Part shown: one piece after another, positions 59,003-60,957 of the stretch | Layout of the letters: every line of letters begins with the position of its first letter | Numbering within the stretch: position 1 is the stretch's first letter | Assembly (NCBI GenBank): GCA_963515815.1 | Contig: CAUQAO010000001.1 | Span: forward strand, 1-60,957 | Direction of reading: 5' to 3' | DNA length: 60,957 bases | Source of the DNA: an uncultured Prevotella sp. | Lineage (GTDB): Bacteria; Bacteroidota; Bacteroidia; Bacteroidales; Bacteroidaceae | Made by a program: the position numbers and the translations under genes | The notes under the pieces: generated by a model | Databases searched by the model: none | Told to the model about the DNA's origin: nothing | What the model saw: the letters and a program-made list of their open reading frames with translations, nothing else

Positions 59003-59593
59003 ATGAGCAAGAAAGAAAAAATAAAAGAACAACAAACAGAAAACGTTATCAACAACCAAAACGAGAACATCCAGGCTGTTAACGATGAAACAGAATCTTC
59101 GGTAGAAAATACAGAAGAACAAATAGAACAGAACGAAGCACAAGACCTCTTGGAAAAAACGCAGGAAGAGATGGCCGAATTAAAAGACAAATATCTTCGG
59201 ACCATGGCCGAATTCGAAAATTATAAAAAACGCACACACAAAGAAAAAGCCGAACTGATATTCAACGGCGGCGAAAAAACCATATCGGCCATACTTCCGA
59301 TCCTCGACGACATGGAACGTGCCATAGACAATGCGCCGAAGACAACAGATATACAAGCACTCGAAGAAGGCTGGGAACTCATCTTCAAGAAACTGCAAAA
59401 TGTCTTGGAAGGATTGGGCGTAAAGAAAATAGAAACCGAAAACAAAGACTTCGACATCGATTTTCACGAGGCAGTGGCAATGGTTCCGGGCGTAGACGAC
59501 GACAAAAAAGGAAAAGTGATCGACTGTGTACAGACCGGCTACACACTCAACGATAAAGTGATCAGACACGCAAAGGTAGCCATCGGTCAGTAA
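59003..59593 (+). CDS. grpE: Nucleotide exchange factor GrpE
   Basis: YLRTMAEFENYKKR, LPILDDMERA, FHEAV, GYTLNDKVIRHAKV; true start ATG 59003. Confidence 0.95.
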   Translation: MSKKEKIKEQQTENVINNQNENIQAVNDETESSVENTEEQIEQNEAQDLLEKTQEEMAELKDKYLRTMAEFENYKKRTHKEKAELIFNGGEKTISAILPILDDMERAIDNAPKTTDIQALEEGWELIFKKLQNVLEGLGVKKIETENKDFDIDFHEAVAMVPGVDDDKKGKVIDCVQTGYTLNDKVIRHAKVAIGQ

Positions 59594-59622
59594 ATTCAAA
59601 TTCTTAAAACTCTATCGAAGTA

Positions 59623-60804
59623 ATGGCAAAACGCGATTATTATGAAGTGCTCGGCGTAGACAAAAACGCCTCTGAAGAAGAAATTAAAAAGGCCTATCGA
59701 AAACTGGCCATCAAATATCATCCCGATCGCAATCCGGACAGCAAAGAGGCCGAAGAAAAGTTTAAAGAGGCCGCCGAAGCCTACGACGTACTGCACGATG
59801 CACAAAAAAGACAGCAATACGACCAGTTCGGATTCGAAGCACCGGGAATCGGCGGAGCCGAAGGATTCAGCAGCGCAGGCGGATTCTCTATGGACGACAT
59901 TTTCTCTATGTTCGGCGACGTGTTCGGCGGGCACGGAGGATTCGGCGGACGTAGCGGTTTCTCCGGCTTCTCAGGATTTAGCGGCGGCAGTACGCAACGC
60001 ACTCAATACCGCGGAACCGATCTGCGGCTGAAAGTCAAACTGTCGCTTCAGGAAATAGCCACCGGCGTTACGAAGAAATTCAAGGTAAAAAAAGACGTAA
60101 CCTGCCCTCACTGTCACGGCAGCGGAGCCGAACACGGCAGCGGCTCAGAAACCTGTCCTACGTGCCATGGCCAAGGAGTCGTCGTCAAAACCGTACGCAC
60201 TATGCTGGGCATGATGCAGACACAGACCGAATGTCCTACGTGTCACGGCGAAGGCACCGTCATAAAGAACAAATGCCACGAATGCCGCGGATCGGGCGTC
60301 GTAAAAGGCGAAGAGGTGGTCGAAATCAAGATTCCCGCCGGAGTAGCAGAAGGCATGGTCGTCAACGTTCCGGGAAAAGGAAATGCCGGACAGCACAACG
60401 GCGTCACCGGCAATATACAAGTATTCATCGAAGAAGAAGCCAACGATACCTTTATCCGCGACGGGCAAGACATTATCTATAACCTGTTGCTCGACTTCCC
60501 TACTGCCGCTTTGGGAGGCGACGTGGAAATTCCGACGATAGAAGGCACCAAAGTCAAATTCAAAATAGAACCCGGTACGCAGCCCGGAAAAACGTTGCGC
60601 CTGAAGGGTAAAGGACTGCCCGCCATTCAAGGGTACGGAAACGGGAAGGGAGACCTGCTGGTTAATATCAGCGTATTTGTTCCCAAAACTTTGACGCGCG
60701 AAGAAAAAGACACGATCGAACGGTTGCGGCAAAGCGACCATTTCAAAGGCGACGCCGCCACTGCCAGGACGATCTTCCAGAAATTCAAAAACTATTTCAA
60801 TTAA
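59623..60804 (+). CDS. dnaJ: Chaperone DnaJ
   Basis: J domain with HPD, G/F-rich region, four CxxCxGxG repeats. Confidence 0.97.
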   Translation: MAKRDYYEVLGVDKNASEEEIKKAYRKLAIKYHPDRNPDSKEAEEKFKEAAEAYDVLHDAQKRQQYDQFGFEAPGIGGAEGFSSAGGFSMDDIFSMFGDVFGGHGGFGGRSGFSGFSGFSGGSTQRTQYRGTDLRLKVKLSLQEIATGVTKKFKVKKDVTCPHCHGSGAEHGSGSETCPTCHGQGVVVKTVRTMLGMMQTQTECPTCHGEGTVIKNKCHECRGSGVVKGEEVVEIKIPAGVAEGMVVNVPGKGNAGQHNGVTGNIQVFIEEEANDTFIRDGQDIIYNLLLDFPTAALGGDVEIPTIEGTKVKFKIEPGTQPGKTLRLKGKGLPAIQGYGNGKGDLLVNISVFVPKTLTREEKDTIERLRQSDHFKGDAATARTIFQKFKNYFN

Positions 60805-60957
60805 GCGCAAATCGGTTGCCAGTAAACAGTTTTTCGGTAATTCCTGCAGTTCGGGAAAAGACTATTGGCTGAAATTTCTGTGGTTTCTACGTCTCTGAAA
60901 TACCAAAATAAATTATTTTCGGACCACAAGACACCCAGCGATGCCAAAATAAATTAT

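Overview
Chromosomal backbone of a Bacteroidota genome, most likely Prevotellaceae. This is inferred from gene order (hisHAF-IE-ftsE-lysC-lysA, grpE-dnaJ without dnaK), a short Bacteroidota-type RpoD, a complex I lacking nuoEFG, and TTTG-N19-21-TAnnTTTG promoters. The window holds about 55 CDS, mostly housekeeping, plus one tRNA-Arg(ACG). There is no integrase, transposase, prophage or CRISPR-Cas. Four observations stand out. (1) A ~1186-aa sensor kinase built from two tandem modules with apparently complementary losses: module 1 has an intact ATP-binding domain but no H-box His, module 2 has the His but a degenerate ATP-binding domain. It is co-transcribed with a response regulator and a truncated AbgT-like membrane protein. 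(2) An orphaned leader after rpoD in which a (CA)6 tract inside a short uORF would set where ribosomes stop relative to a terminator-like hairpin, a candidate phase-variable attenuator; the downstream gene appears deleted and fused to a PIN-toxin remnant. (3) Six intergenic arrays with different sequences but a common 40-42 bp period and palindromic cores. (4) Several apparent pseudo-enzymes, gene remnants and small ORFs absent from the ORF track. All family assignments come from motif recognition by eye; no searches were run.
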